64,000 nucleotides of DNA from NCBI GenBank assembly GCA_963728665.1, contig CAVSLG010000018.1, positions 43,762 through 107,761 on the forward strand, given 5' to 3'. Each line of letters opens with the position of its first letter. The first letter of the stretch is position 1. Source of the DNA: an uncultured Actinomycetes bacterium (GTDB lineage Bacteria > Actinomycetota > UBA4738 > HRBIN12). Below are positions 25,705 through 37,500 of this stretch, one piece after another. Under the pieces are notes generated by a model. It had not been told where the DNA came from, made no database searches, and saw only the letters and a list, made by a program, of their open reading frames with translations. Made by a program: the position numbers and the translations under genes.

Positions 25705-26107
25705 GTCGGGTTCACCTCCGGCTGTCGGTCGTCTTCAACCCGCTCAGCACGTCGTCTGCGCGAACGGCTCCTGAGCACCGTGGACACGAGTCCGGCCAGG
25801 AAGACCCCAGCAACGGGAAGCAGCCAGGTGGGCGAGCCCAGCAGGGCGATGCTTACGACCACCAGATGAACGAGACGGATCCCGCGATCCCGATGATGAC
25901 TTTCGCGATGAGGTCTCGTGGAGTGGTGAGATCGATGACCAAAGATCCGGGAACCGTGAGGATGAAGAGCATGACGAACGGGAGCCTCACCTCGCTGCGG
26001 GCCCCGGAGATGGTCACGATGAGCACGCTCGTGGTCAAAGCGATCACCCATGCCAGGCCGGGCCGTCGACCCATCTGTCGCCAGAGCGCCGAGAGCGCGC
26101 GTGTCAT
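25704..26107 (-). CDS. Small polytopic membrane protein (GtrA-like?). One frameshift.
   Basis: Two ORF pieces (25853..26107 and the tail of 25701..26684) give about 130 aa with 3-4 hydrophobic helices. It lies between a GT2 and a large membrane protein. Confidence 0.3.
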
Positions 26108-27918
26108 GGTTCCTCCTTGAGCGTGAACACGACGGCGTCGCCCGATCGGAACGCGACCTCGAACTCGTCCGACGCCTCGAGAGCCGCCTGGATGTCGTCG
26201 AGCGTGCTCGGCAGTGCGGTACCGAGAGCTGTGACGGAGCGCCGCTGCGACTCCGTGAGGATGACGTAGCCGCCGTTGTACGTCTCGGAGTCACGGAGCC
26301 AGCTGGCGAGCGTCCCGGCGGGGTCGTCTCGCAGCTTCTCGAGGGTCTGGGCGTCGAGCGATCCACGTCGAAGTAGACGAACTGCTCGTACCGCCGATAC
26401 TGCCGTGGGTAATCCCTCGTGCCCTCGACGATCAGCGCGCCCGGCCTGGCGTGCTCCGTCACGTAGTCTGCCGCCGCCACCTCGTCGTCATTGAAAACCA
26501 GCCGATTGTCGATGCCGAACGCCGCAACCAACAGGCCAGACGTCGAACACGAGGAGCACGCCGGCGAGCGTGGCCACGGCGGGGATGCCCGGCCTGGCGC
26601 GGTCGACGGGGAACCAGAGGGAAGCGGCCAGGAAGGCGCCGAACGGGAGTGCGAACAGGTACGCGCGGAAGATGATCTCGCCACCGTAGGAACTGGCCAA
26701 GATCAGAACCGCGGGCACCACCGCGAGGAGCAGCACCCACCGGCTCGAGAGCTTGTGGTTGAGCCTTCGGATCAGTCCAAGCCCTGCGACCCCGACGATG
26801 CACGCGGTCAGCAGCCGGGCGACCGATGAGACGATGAACTGGTCACGGTTGACGAGCGCCGGAGTCACGAGGTTGTTGTCGAGGTTGGCCTGGAATCCTC
26901 CCAACTCCGCCGAGATCTTCCCGACGTTGTCGATCACGAAATCCCGAGCCGGGCCGAACGCCCACGCAGCCCCGAATACCATCATCGCCCCGACCGGCCA
27001 GGTCACGCGGATCACCCTGAAGAGCCGTAGGGTGGCGAGCGCAAGGATCGTGACGACCGGCGTGAGCTGGTGCGAGATCGTGATCGCCAGGAGCGAAAGC
27101 AAGACGACGGTCGAGAGGGCGGCCGCCTCAAACGTTCCTGGCGCCACGGCCTCATCTGCTCCCGGATCCGACCGGTGCGCGGACGTCGAGAACCATCGCA
27201 ACAGGATCATCATCACCACGAGGTAGAGGAAGAACGCGAGCGCCTGTGGAGCGAAGTAGTCCTGACCCACCCAGTTCCCGAGCTCGAAGATGAGCACTGC
27301 CGTCCAGACGAGCCGCCGGTCGGCCGAGAACCCCTTGAACAGCGCGTAGAGGGTGAGCGCATACAAGAGGTTGAAGAGGATGGGGGCCCACGTCGCGTAC
27401 GACATCGGTGAGTCGAGCCCCGCCTCGCGAACGATCCACGCGTTCAGGCCGAAGAACCCGGGCCAGTTGTGGTACGCGGGGAGCGAGTCGATCTGGGGGT
27501 CCACCCCTCCGGTTCGGAGGATGAACTCGACGATCCCGACGTGCTTCCATGCCCACGAGAACCGCAGGTGCTCGTAGATGAGCGCCGGCAGACCGTGGAT
27601 CATGACCGTGAGAGCCAGCACGTATACGCCGAGCAAGCGACTCGACACGTTCATGTAGAGGGCGCGCGTGTAGCCGATGATCATCGCCCCCAGGCAGAGG
27701 AGGGCGATGGGGGGCAAGATCGTGATGACGCCGAGTCCGGCAAGGTTCGCCTCGTCGGCCTGCGCGATCGCGGAGATCCACACGGTGATGACCGCGACGA
27801 TGAAGACGCCGTGGAAGGTCAGCTGATGGACAGGATCGCCTCGCGCCTCGGCCGTCGAGGTCTCTCCGCGGTCGAGGCCGACCGGTTCGGGACCCACACG
27901 AGGGTCACCGAGACGCAC
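26105..27918 (-). CDS. Large polytopic membrane protein with a C-terminal soluble domain (candidate GT-C-fold glycosyltransferase or polymerase). One frameshift near 26490.
   Basis: 476-aa ORF with at least 10 predicted TM helices (e.g. VFIVAVITVWISAIA, LLYALTLYALF, FFLYLVVMMILL). It continues after a frame change into a hydrophilic C-terminal domain of about 110 aa (...YVILTESQRRSVTALGTALPSTLDDIQAALEASDEFEVAFRSGDAVVFTLKEEP). Confidence 0.5.
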
Positions 27919-28249
27919 GGGATGCTCCGGTTTCGAGTGTGGCCATCATCGTGATCCGCTTCCGCCCCGCACAGGAGAGCCAGGTAGCCGTGATCGGCAG
28001 TGAAAGCCAATCTACCCTCGGGTATGGCCCGTGTTCATCCGCCCATCGGTCCCGAAAACGGCTTCGCGCGAAGACTCTTGGGGCGCGGGGGCCTTGACGC
28101 TCGAGGAAACCTTACCTTATCTTCGTTGAGTACCCCGAACGGGGGAGGGCGGACGGCCCACCTGCTGTAGGTTGGCGTGCACCGGATGGCCGGTGCACGT
28201 CTACGCTGTCTGTGGCGCGCGGGTAGATTGAAAGGGCAAAGGGCGGGGC

Positions 28250-31200
28250 GTGGTGGGATCGAAGCAAGGACGGCGGGTGGTATCGAAGGTTCTCGCGATC
28301 GCGCTCTGCGCCTCGACGGTCGGGATCGCCGGGTTCGGCGAAGCATCGGCGAACTCGTTTCCCCAGGGACTCGTCGTCTCGTCGAATCCCGTGGACAACA
28401 CCCCGTACGTCATGAACGGGTACGTCACGGCGATCACCACCATCGGCCAAAAGGTCTTCGTAGGAGGAACGTTCACGACGGTGCGGAACGCTGCGAACCC
28501 GACCAACCTCACGCGCAACTACATCTTCGCCTACGACAGGAACACCGGCGTGATCGACACGTCGTTCGCACCCGCCCTCAACGGAGTCGTCGAGGCCCTC
28601 GAGCCGGCAACCGATGGGTCAGGGATCTTCGTCGGTGGATCGTTCTCCACGGTCAATGGAGTCTCGAACTACGGGATCGCGAAACTCGATCCGAATGGCG
28701 GCGCGATGGTTCCTGGCTTCTCCGCCCGTACGGCAGGCAAGGTTCGCGACCTCGCGGTGCACGGGAACTCGGTGTATCTCGGCGGCGATATCTGGGCCGT
28801 GAACGGTTTTCAGCGACGCCGACTCGCCGCCATCAATGCCACGACCGGTGCGGTACTACAGAACTTCACGGTGGGCACGACGGCGCCCCGTATCTCGACC
28901 GACTGGGTGGCCGAGCTCGACGTGAGCCCTGACGGCTCCGAGATGGTCATCATCGGCAACTTCTTGGAGGTGAACGGGCTTCCACGGAAACAGATCGCCC
29001 GAATCGACCTCACCGGTCAGCAGGCAACCGTGATGGATTGGTCGACGGAGCAGTACGGTTCGACATGCAATACCGTCTTCTGGACGTACACCCGCGACGT
29101 CGAGTACTCGTTGGACGGCGATTTCTTTGTCGTCGCCACGACGGGTGGGCCTTACACAGGCACGCTGTGCGACACGGCGGCTCGGTGGTCAACGGCTGCA
29201 ACGGGCAGCAACGTCAAGGAGGAGTGGGCGGACTGGTCGGGAGGCGACACCCTGACCGCGGTCGCGATCTCCGATGTGGCGGTGTACATCGGTGGACACC
29301 AGCGCTGGATGAACAATCATCTCGGCCGTGACCAGGCGCAGCCAGGCGCCGTCTCCCGCCCTGGGATCGCTGCCCTCGACATCGAGAACGGTGTGCCGTT
29401 GACATGGAACCCTGGGAGGGACCCAGGGACTGCGGTGTGGGACTTGCATCTGTCCGATCGAGGTCTCTACGTTGGTTCGGATACGGACCTCATCGGCGGC
29501 GAGTACCACCCGAAACTCGCTCAGTTCCCCTTGGGGGGAGGATCAGCCGTTCCTGAGATCGAGCCGGCGACCCTGCCCGCGACGACCTACACCGGCGAGA
29601 CAGGGACCACGCTGACCAAGCGCTCATTCGACGGCTCTAGTTTCGGCACCAGCTCAGTGGTGGGCGGCGCCCCGATCAATTGGGCCGGCGTGAGCGACGC
29701 CTTCTTCGAGTCCGGAAAGCTCTACTACATCGAGGGCGGAGCGTTGAAGTCCAGGACCTTCGATGGCCTGACCTTCGGCCCGGCGTTGGCAGAGCCCTCC
29801 TGGACGACCTGGCCAAGTGTCACGGCGTCGACCTGGAACGGTGGCAAGCTCTACTACGTGGAAAGCACGAATTCATCGTTGAAGTTCCGCTACTTCTCGC
29901 TCGAGAGCGGCATCGTCGGGAGCCAAACGTTCACCATGACCACCGGCATCACGTGGAGCAACATTGCCGCCATGGACTTCTTGGATGGCGATCTCTACTA
30001 CGCCAAGACCGACGGGAACCTGTGGGCGGTCGAGGTCAATCAGGCGGGCGTACCGGTCAACGGGACGCAGCGCGTCGTGAGCGGGCCAGCTGTCGGTGAC
30101 GGCCAGAACTGGAACGACGCTTCGCTGTACTTCGTCAACCACCCCGACACGGTGCCCACCGTGTCCCTCATCGCCCCCGCGAATGGGAGCACGGTCGCCG
30201 GCACGGTGGCGGTCTCGGCCAACGCCTTCGACAGCGAGGGGATCTCCCAGGTCGAGTTCTTCGCGGACGGTACCTCGGTCGGTGTCGACAGCAACGGGGG
30301 CGACGGCTGGGGGATCGGCTGGGATTCGACGACGGCTCCCGACGGCGCGACCGATCTGTCGGCCACCGTCACCGACACCGCGGGGCAGACCGCGTCGGCC
30401 TCGGTGACGATCACGGTCGACAACCTCGGTCCCTCCGTGAGCCTGACCGCTCCCGCCGCCGGCGCCACGGTCTCGGGGCCTTTCGTCAACGTCAGCGCGA
30501 CCGCCGCCGACGCGGTCGGCCTCACCCAGGTCGAGTTCCTCGTCGACGGCATCTCGATCGGCGTGGACACGAACGGTGGCAATGGGTGGTCGGCCACATG
30601 GGACACGACGTCCCATGCAGGGGGTCCCGCCACGGTGACGGCCACCGCGACCGACACCGCGAACAAGACCGCGACCGATTCGGTCTCGGTCACGGTGGAC
30701 AACTCGTCTCCGGGCACAGTGGCGATGGTTGTGGCCAATCCCAGCTCCTTGATCGCCGGTGAGACCGCGGTGCGCAACCGGCTCACGAACGCTGGATTCT
30801 CGGTCACGCTGATCGACGACAACGTCGTGACGGCCGCCGATGCCAACGGCACAGCGTTCGTGTTCGTCTCCTCGACAGTCGGCAACGTCGTGGGGGCGAA
30901 GCTGCGGAACGTGCCCCAGCCAGTCTGGATGGCCAAGCCGTATCTGCTCGACGACATGCTGATGACCGGTCCCGTGGCCGACGTCGACTACGGCAGTGTC
31001 TCGTCGGCCTCGATCGTGATCACCAACGCTGCCCACCCGCTGGCGGCAGGGCAGAGCGGCACCGTCGCGATCACGACCTCGAGTCATGGGAAGTCCTTCG
31101 GGCTCCCGGGTGCTGCGGCCGATGTGGTGGCGACCGCGAGCGGCAAGCCCACGACCTTCGTCTACCAGGCCGGTGACCAGCTCGTCGGCGGGAGCACTGC

Positions 31201-31318
31201 CGACGGCTGTCGCCTGACGTCGTCGGTCTTCCAGAACGGACCTGCGAGCTTCACCGCCGCCGGCTGGACGATGTTCGATGCCGCTGCTGACTACGCCGCG
31301 GCGAACTGCCAGGCCTAG
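28250..31318 (+). CDS. Secreted delta-60-repeat beta-propeller protein with a second repeat domain, an Ig-like pair and a C-terminal CTM. Intact 1022 aa.
   Basis: Signal peptide VLAIALCASTVGIAGFGEASA. About 60-aa repeats carrying G(G)xF(S/T)xVNG (VFVGGTFTTV, IFVGGSFSTVNG, VYLGGDIWAVNG, VIIGNFLEVNG). A GKLYY-repeat region. Ig-like domains (PTVSLIAPANGSTVAGTVAVSANAFDSEGISQVEFF... and SVSLTAPAAGATVSGPFVNVSATAADAVGLTQVEF...). Then CTM (TVAMVVANPSSLIAGETAVRNRLTNAGFSVTLIDDN...GCRLTSSVFQNGPASFTAAGWTMFDAAADYAAANCQA). Confidence 0.8.
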   Translation: MVGSKQGRRVVSKVLAIALCASTVGIAGFGEASANSFPQGLVVSSNPVDNTPYVMNGYVTAITTIGQKVFVGGTFTTVRNAANPTNLTRNYIFAYDRNTGVIDTSFAPALNGVVEALEPATDGSGIFVGGSFSTVNGVSNYGIAKLDPNGGAMVPGFSARTAGKVRDLAVHGNSVYLGGDIWAVNGFQRRRLAAINATTGAVLQNFTVGTTAPRISTDWVAELDVSPDGSEMVIIGNFLEVNGLPRKQIARIDLTGQQATVMDWSTEQYGSTCNTVFWTYTRDVEYSLDGDFFVVATTGGPYTGTLCDTAARWSTAATGSNVKEEWADWSGGDTLTAVAISDVAVYIGGHQRWMNNHLGRDQAQPGAVSRPGIAALDIENGVPLTWNPGRDPGTAVWDLHLSDRGLYVGSDTDLIGGEYHPKLAQFPLGGGSAVPEIEPATLPATTYTGETGTTLTKRSFDGSSFGTSSVVGGAPINWAGVSDAFFESGKLYYIEGGALKSRTFDGLTFGPALAEPSWTTWPSVTASTWNGGKLYYVESTNSSLKFRYFSLESGIVGSQTFTMTTGITWSNIAAMDFLDGDLYYAKTDGNLWAVEVNQAGVPVNGTQRVVSGPAVGDGQNWNDASLYFVNHPDTVPTVSLIAPANGSTVAGTVAVSANAFDSEGISQVEFFADGTSVGVDSNGGDGWGIGWDSTTAPDGATDLSATVTDTAGQTASASVTITVDNLGPSVSLTAPAAGATVSGPFVNVSATAADAVGLTQVEFLVDGISIGVDTNGGNGWSATWDTTSHAGGPATVTATATDTANKTATDSVSVTVDNSSPGTVAMVVANPSSLIAGETAVRNRLTNAGFSVTLIDDNVVTAADANGTAFVFVSSTVGNVVGAKLRNVPQPVWMAKPYLLDDMLMTGPVADVDYGSVSSASIVITNAAHPLAAGQSGTVAITTSSHGKSFGLPGAAADVVATASGKPTTFVYQAGDQLVGGSTADGCRLTSSVFQNGPASFTAAGWTMFDAAADYAAANCQA

Positions 31319-31325
31319 GGGCAGG

Positions 31326-32015
31326 ATGTCGCGAGGAGCTCACCCAGGGCGATCTGCGCGGTGGATCGCTCGAGCGCCTTGGTCGACCCCCTGGTTCCTC
31401 TTTGTGCTTGCCGTGATGATGGCGTGCTCGGCCGACAGCGGCGAGCCGTTGGCGTCTGGGCAGGGTGCGGACACAACGCCCGCCGGTGGTGTGGGTGCAA
31501 CCGGCCCACCGTCACAGCCGACAGGGTCGCCCGGCCCGGATCGTGCACTGGGAGATCTGGAGGGCGAATCGACCGAAGCTGCCGCCACACGGAAAGATCC
31601 CGTTCCGAGTGGGGAGATCGCGCGGTTCCCTGGACTCTGGGACATTCGGGTCGATGAGGTCGATGTCGACGCGACCGACGAGGTCCTGGCGTTCGCCGAT
31701 ATCAATCCGAAACCTGAGCTTGGGTACCAGTACGTCCTGGTCACGATCGAGGGGGTCTATCGCGGCGACTCGATCGCTCAGCCCGTGTTCGAGTGGGGCC
31801 TCATCGACAGGCGGAACCGGGAGTACCAGCCATGGGTCCCGGGATGTGGAGTGATACCGAACTCCATCTACGACATCGTCGAGATCGAAGCAGGGGAGCG
31901 CTTTTCGGCGAACGTGTGCATGCCCGTCAAGGCCAGGAGCGTTCGTCGGGGCCTTGACCTCCATCTCAAGGTCGTAGGGGGCGACAAGTTGTTCTTCGAC
32001 CTAGACAGGTCCTAG
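31326..32015 (+). CDS. Hypothetical lipoprotein (DUF4352-like)
   Basis: Signal peptide with lipobox-like ...FLFVLAVMMAC|SADSG. A low-complexity linker and a small beta-rich domain (YQYVLVTIEGVY..). Overlaps the stop of the upstream gene. Confidence 0.45.
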   Translation: MSRGAHPGRSARWIARAPWSTPWFLFVLAVMMACSADSGEPLASGQGADTTPAGGVGATGPPSQPTGSPGPDRALGDLEGESTEAAATRKDPVPSGEIARFPGLWDIRVDEVDVDATDEVLAFADINPKPELGYQYVLVTIEGVYRGDSIAQPVFEWGLIDRRNREYQPWVPGCGVIPNSIYDIVEIEAGERFSANVCMPVKARSVRRGLDLHLKVVGGDKLFFDLDRS

Positions 32016-34210
32016 GCTCCACAGCCCGAGGCGGCGTATCTCGTGGCAGCATCGAACATGGCCCAGGCGTCGGGCGTAAAGCTGACGGGGGCGTTCCGGA
32101 ATACGGACATCGCGAGCCGGCATCCAGCCGCGCCCTCACCCCCCACCATCTCAGCACCGGGTTGGTAGACGAAGGTTGTTGGCGCTCCCACGGACGTTGC
32201 GATCACGATTGCGGACGGGCGAGGCGCGCCGAACGACTTCACCTTGTTGGACGGTGTCACGAGCACAGAGCCACTGAGCCCCGCGGCCAGCGGATGTGAA
32301 TCTCGGGCGATGACGACGGACTCTGATGAGTTCGTCCCGTAGTCGACGTTGGCCGTGCGGCCAGTCATCTTCATGTCATCGAGTAGCCATGGTTTGCTGA
32401 CCCAGACGGGCTGCTGCACATAGCGGAGGGTCGATCCAAGGACGTTCGAATCCACCGTCGACGTGACGAGGACGAAAGCGGCGCCGTTCGTATCGGATGC
32501 CTCCACCGTATCGTCGTCGAAGAAGTTCACAGCGAACCCATCGCTCGTGAGCCGGTCTCGGATCGAGATCTCCCCCATGAGCAGAGAGCCCGGGCTTCCG
32601 ACCACCATCATCACGGCAGGAGGGGTCATCGGATCTGCCACCATTAGGCCGACCGAAGCCTGCGATTCCCTGCCCGCAGTGTCGGTTACCGTCGCCTCAA
32701 CGAGGACTGTGCCGGCAGCGTGGGTCGTCGTATCCCATGGGATCGACCACCCGTCATGGGGATCGCTGTCGATGCCGATCGATGTTCCGTCGACGGTGAA
32801 CTCGACTCCTTCAAGACCTACGTCGTCGATAGCCGTCGCCGTCAGGTTCACGATGCCGGAGACAACGGCGCCTTCTGTCGGGGCGGTGAGGGAGATGGAT
32901 GGGCCAAGATTGTCAACCAGCACCCCGACGCCGGTGGAACTGGTCTGACCTACCGAATCGGTCACTTCGGCCCACACGTTCGCGACGCCATCAGGCACGG
33001 TCGACGAGTCCCAGTCCAGGCGCCAGCCGTCTCGTCCATCCGGGTCGACACCGACCGACGCGCCACCCGCGAAGAACTCGACCTGAGCCACGCCCTCTGA
33101 GTCCAGAGCGTCCGCCTCGAGAGCCACAACGCCCATCACTGTGCTGTCGGCTTGAGGTGACGTGAGTGCGATGGTGGGTCCCGCGTCTTGCGGGCTCGTC
33201 GCCCCCTCAGGATGCAGGTACGCATCGGCCCCCATCTGCGCGTAGCCGGCCATCGATGAGGATGAGCTGTCGGTGATCCAGGGCCTGCCGTCCTTGATCT
33301 CGTCGAAGTAGATCAGTCCCTTGAGCTCGGGCCAGGTCTTGGCGGTCGCGAGCGCGTCGATGATCCACTGGCCCTTGCGACCGGGGACCGCCGGATCTTC
33401 CTGCGCTCCCCACTCCACCGCCATCCAGGGCTTGGCGTGTCGAACGGCGAAGTCCTGGGTCGGTTGGAAGACGGTCTGGAAGGAGTTCCACGTGGATCCG
33501 GGCTTCGTGGGGTAGAAGTTGTAGCCGTCGCTGCCGATCAGGTCGACGTGGGCGTCGCCCGGGTAGTAGTCCTCGATCGGCTTGCCTGAGCGAGGATCGA
33601 ACGTCCAGGCCATCATCGTCCAGACGAACGCGACGTTATCCACGCCCTGTGCGCGGAAGACGTCGACCACGTGCCGGAACGCGGCGGCGTACTCGGCGGG
33701 GGTGCCCCAGGTCGCGAGGTCGTCCTCGGGCTCGTGATGCAGAGAGAGGTAGACGGGCACCCCGAACGCCTCGATCGCATCCGCCCTCGCGATGATCGCC
33801 GCGTCTTCGGCCCCAGAGGCGATCCTGGACCACGTGATCGCCTGACCGTTCTGGCGCTGCGCCTTCCAGTTCAAGAACGGGATCCGCCCCTGGCCCACCG
33901 TCCAGGCCTCGTGGGCCCCGGGGAAGTTCGAGTCCCACTTGTAGTACTGATGGTCGATCGCGAACCGACGCCCGATCTGGGACTCCACCCGCACGATCGC
34001 ATCGGCGCGAGACTCACCGGCACGGGGAGCGACCCAGCTCCCGAAGTAGGCGCCGGAGGAGGGGATGAGCACGGCGGGCGGACCCGAGACGGCGGCATCG
34101 GCCAACGGCAGGGTGGCGAGGATCGACGAAACCATCGTGGCAGCCGCCACAGCTATCGAGACCGCACGACTGCGCTTGCCCTCCGCGACGGATCCGCCCT
34201 TCGATCTCAC
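32012..34210 (-). CDS. Secreted GH26-like glycoside hydrolase (cassette copy B) fused to an Ig-like pair and CTM
   Basis: Catalytic domain AVLIPSSGAYFGSWVAPRAGESRADAIVRVESQIGRRFAIDHQYYKW...VYLSLHHEPEDD...PWMAVEWG...ADAYLHPEG. Then two Ig-like domains (PTIALTSPQADSTVMGVVALEADALDSEGVAQVEFF... and SISLTAPTEGAVVSGIVNLTATAIDDVGLEGVEF...). Then CTM (VMMVVGSPGSLLMGEISIRDRLTSDGFAVNFFDDD...GCRLAMSVFRNAPVSFTPDAWAMFDAATRYAASGCGA). The start is uncertain (34135-34420). Confidence 0.75.
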   Translation of the reverse strand: MRSKGGSVAEGKRSRAVSIAVAAATMVSSILATLPLADAAVSGPPAVLIPSSGAYFGSWVAPRAGESRADAIVRVESQIGRRFAIDHQYYKWDSNFPGAHEAWTVGQGRIPFLNWKAQRQNGQAITWSRIASGAEDAAIIARADAIEAFGVPVYLSLHHEPEDDLATWGTPAEYAAAFRHVVDVFRAQGVDNVAFVWTMMAWTFDPRSGKPIEDYYPGDAHVDLIGSDGYNFYPTKPGSTWNSFQTVFQPTQDFAVRHAKPWMAVEWGAQEDPAVPGRKGQWIIDALATAKTWPELKGLIYFDEIKDGRPWITDSSSSSMAGYAQMGADAYLHPEGATSPQDAGPTIALTSPQADSTVMGVVALEADALDSEGVAQVEFFAGGASVGVDPDGRDGWRLDWDSSTVPDGVANVWAEVTDSVGQTSSTGVGVLVDNLGPSISLTAPTEGAVVSGIVNLTATAIDDVGLEGVEFTVDGTSIGIDSDPHDGWSIPWDTTTHAAGTVLVEATVTDTAGRESQASVGLMVADPMTPPAVMMVVGSPGSLLMGEISIRDRLTSDGFAVNFFDDDTVEASDTNGAAFVLVTSTVDSNVLGSTLRYVQQPVWVSKPWLLDDMKMTGRTANVDYGTNSSESVVIARDSHPLAAGLSGSVLVTPSNKVKSFGAPRPSAIVIATSVGAPTTFVYQPGAEMVGGEGAAGCRLAMSVFRNAPVSFTPDAWAMFDAATRYAASGCGA
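33230..34060. repeat. About 0.83 kb dispersed DNA repeat (copy B) encoding the GH26-like catalytic cassette
   Basis: The spurious overlapping ORFs 33636..33938, 44381..44683 and 47062..47364 are identical to each other. So are 33321..33515, 44066..44260 and 46747..46941. This shows nucleotide-level identity with offsets of +10745 and +13426. Confidence 0.8.
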
Positions 34211-34581
34211 GCCACATCCCCCCACCAGCGCCTCGACGCTCCTGATCCTGTGTTCCTCGCCGATGAGCGAGGTGTCAGGTATCCATCGGTAGGTCGCACC
34301 GTCGGACTTGAGGGCAATCGTCGGCGTCCACATCGGCAATTTCGCCGACCCGACGGGGCGCGGGCGAGCTGTTGAGCCAGCTGTGCCAGGGGAACCGGAT
34401 CGACAAGGCGTGTGACCCAACGAGAAACCTCGCGAAATACCTAGTCCATCGGCCGTAGCTAGGTGAGGGGGGTCTGTGATACGTTCTGCCTACACCCGTT
34501 GTATCCATTGGCATCGTGTTGGTCGAGGAGGGGCGATGAGATCGTCGCAGCATCTCGACCCCACAGAGGAAGGTTGATCGC

Positions 34582-37500
34582 ATGCATCGTTCCCCCGCCG
34601 CTACCCGTCGATCGGTGAGCCTCGCGTTGACGGTCGCCGTGGTCGCGGCCCTGGTCGCGAGCGTTCCCCCGGCAGCCGCCAACGTGGCGCAGGATGCCAT
34701 CGTGAGTGCGAACCCGGCGAACTGGACCCCGAACGTGCTCGACGGCGAAATCTATTCATTCGTCGAGATCGGGAACAAGATTTACGCGGCCGGGCAGTTT
34801 ACGCAGGTGCAAGCCGCCACCGGCGGAACGATCTACTCCCGTAAGAACCTTTTCGCCTTCAATGCGACGACGGGAGCTATCGACACGAACTTCGCCCCGA
34901 CGTTCGACAACGTCGTCAAGTCTCTCGCGGTCGCTCCCGACGGCAACCTGTTCGCCGGCGGGTACTTCAACTCCGTCAACGGTGATACGACCGTCAGGAA
35001 GCTCGTCAAGCTCAACCCCGCCACCGGCCAGCGGATCACCGCCTTCAGTGCGAACGCGAACGGCCAGGTCTGGGAAATCAGGGTCTGGGGTACGCGTCTC
35101 CTCGTGGGGGGTCGCTTCACGTCCATCAAGAACGTAGCCCGCGATCGGCTCGCCGCACTCGACACCACCACGGGTGCCGTCGATCCCAACCTGAACTTCA
35201 CGATCACCGACCCCCACACCTCGGACTCGGTTCCGTGGGTCTATGCCATGGACGTGAGTCCTGACGGTTCCAAGCTCGTCGTGATCGGTAACTTCATGAA
35301 GATCAACGGGGAGTCGCGTCCTCAGGTCGGCGTGATCGACCTCTCCACCACGCCCGCGACTCTCGCCGACTGGCAGACCGACCGCTATGAACCGCTGTGC
35401 TTCGACTGGGCATTCGACACCTACATGCGCGACGTCGAGTTCTCACCGGACGGCTCGTACTTCGTGATCGCATCGACCGGCGGCGGGGTGACCGGGACCC
35501 TGTGCGATACGGTCGCACGCTGGAACAGCGATGCGACGGGATCCGGATTGGAGCCGGCGTGGGTCGACGTGGCTGGCGGAGACACCCTCTGGGGCCTTGC
35601 GATCACCGGAACCGCCGTCTACGTCGGCGGTCACCAGCGCTGGCTGAACAACTACTACGGTGTCGACTTCGCAGGTCCGGGCGCGGTCGTGCGATCGGGG
35701 ATAGCTGCCCTCGACCCGACGAATGGGGTGCCCTTCTCCTGGAACCCGGGAAGAAGTCGTGGAACAGCGGTCTTCGACATGTTCGCTACGGACGAAGGGC
35801 TGTGGGTGGGGAGCGACACAGACCAGATCGGTGGTGAGACCCATCGGAAGATCGCATTCTTCCCGCTCGCGGGTGGCACGACGCCGCCTTCCAACGACCC
35901 CTACACGCTGCCGGGCGACCTCTATAACGTTTCCGTATCAACATGCCAGGGGGGGACCCCTCGGTCCTTTTCCGGGTGAACACCGGAGGCCCAGGGGTCG
36001 GATCGTCGGACTGCGGGCCCGACTGGGCGGCCGATGACTCCGACGGTGCGCCTGGCGCGGCCTTCCGCAATACCGGGAGCAGCTTCGTGAGCTCATGGGG
36101 TCAGCAGTTCAGCGTGGACAGCACCGTGCCTGCCAGCACGCCGAGTACGATCTTCGACAGCGAGCGGTGGGATCCGGGCGACGCGGCCGAGATGCAGTGG
36201 AGCTTCCCCGTGGACTCCGGCACGAACCTGAGGGTCCGCCTGTACTTCATCAACCAGTACGGGGGCACCTCGGGCGTCGGCCAACGGGTCTTCGACGTCG
36301 CGATCGATGGCACGACCGTGCTCGATGACTACGACATCGTCGCCGACGTCGGAGATCGGGTCGGCACGATGAAAGCCTACGACATCACGAGCGACGGCAC
36401 CGTCAACGTCGACTTCGGGCACGTGACCGAGAACCCGCTGATCAATGGCATCGAGATCATCGACAGGGACGCCACCCCTGTCCTGCCTGGGGAGATCGAC
36501 TTCCTCGGGCGTCGGCAGTTCGACGGCTCGACCCTCGGGGCCACTACGAACCTCAGCACTCCGGGCACCGACTGGAGTTCTACGCGAGGCGCCTTCGCGT
36601 TGCAGGGCAAGCTCTATACCGGTTCCACCGACGGCAACTTCTACGTGCGGTCGTTCGACGGTTCCTCAGTCGGACAGCCCCAGCAGATCAATCTCAACGG
36701 GTTGACGGACTTCCCGATGCAGTCGCTCACGGGCATGTTCTTCGCGAACGGCGGCATCTACTACACGGTCCAGGGCGACCCGCAGATGCACTACCGGTAT
36801 TTCACGCCCGAGAGTGGGATCGTGGGTTCGTACCGCTTCTCGCCCTCCGGCAGTTTCGACTTTAGTGACGTTCGCGGAATGACCCTAGCGAACGAGGAGA
36901 TCTTCTTCTCGCGGACGGACGGGAACCTCTACTCGATGGAGTTCTCGAACGGTTCGCCGGTCCCGGGGACGGAGCAGCTCGTGAGCCCGGCGACCGATGG
37001 TTACGACTGGGCATCGCGCGGGCTGTTCGTTTTTGAATCCGTCGTCGACGGGGACCCGACCGTCGACCTGACGTCGCCGAACGATGGCGCCACCGTCAGT
37101 GGCATCGTGAACATGACCGCGACTGCCTCCGACGCCGAGGGCCTCACCCAGGTCGAGTTCATGGTCGACGGCACCTCGATCGGTGTCGACACGAACGGTG
37201 GGAACGGGTGGTCGGTCCAGTGGAATACGACGACGCACCCGGATGGTGCCGCGACGGTGGTCGCCACCGCGACCGACACCGCCAACAAGACGGCGACCGA
37301 TCAGGTGTCGGTGACGGTCGACAACTCGTCCCCGGGCACCGTGCTGATGGTCGTGGCCGACCCGAACTCCCTGCTCGCCGGTGAGACCGCGGTGCGCAAC
37401 CGACTCACGAACGACGGCTACACGGTCTCCTTGATCGACGACAACGTCGTCGCGGCCGCCGATGCCAACGGCGCCGCGTTCGTCTTCATCTCCTCGACCG

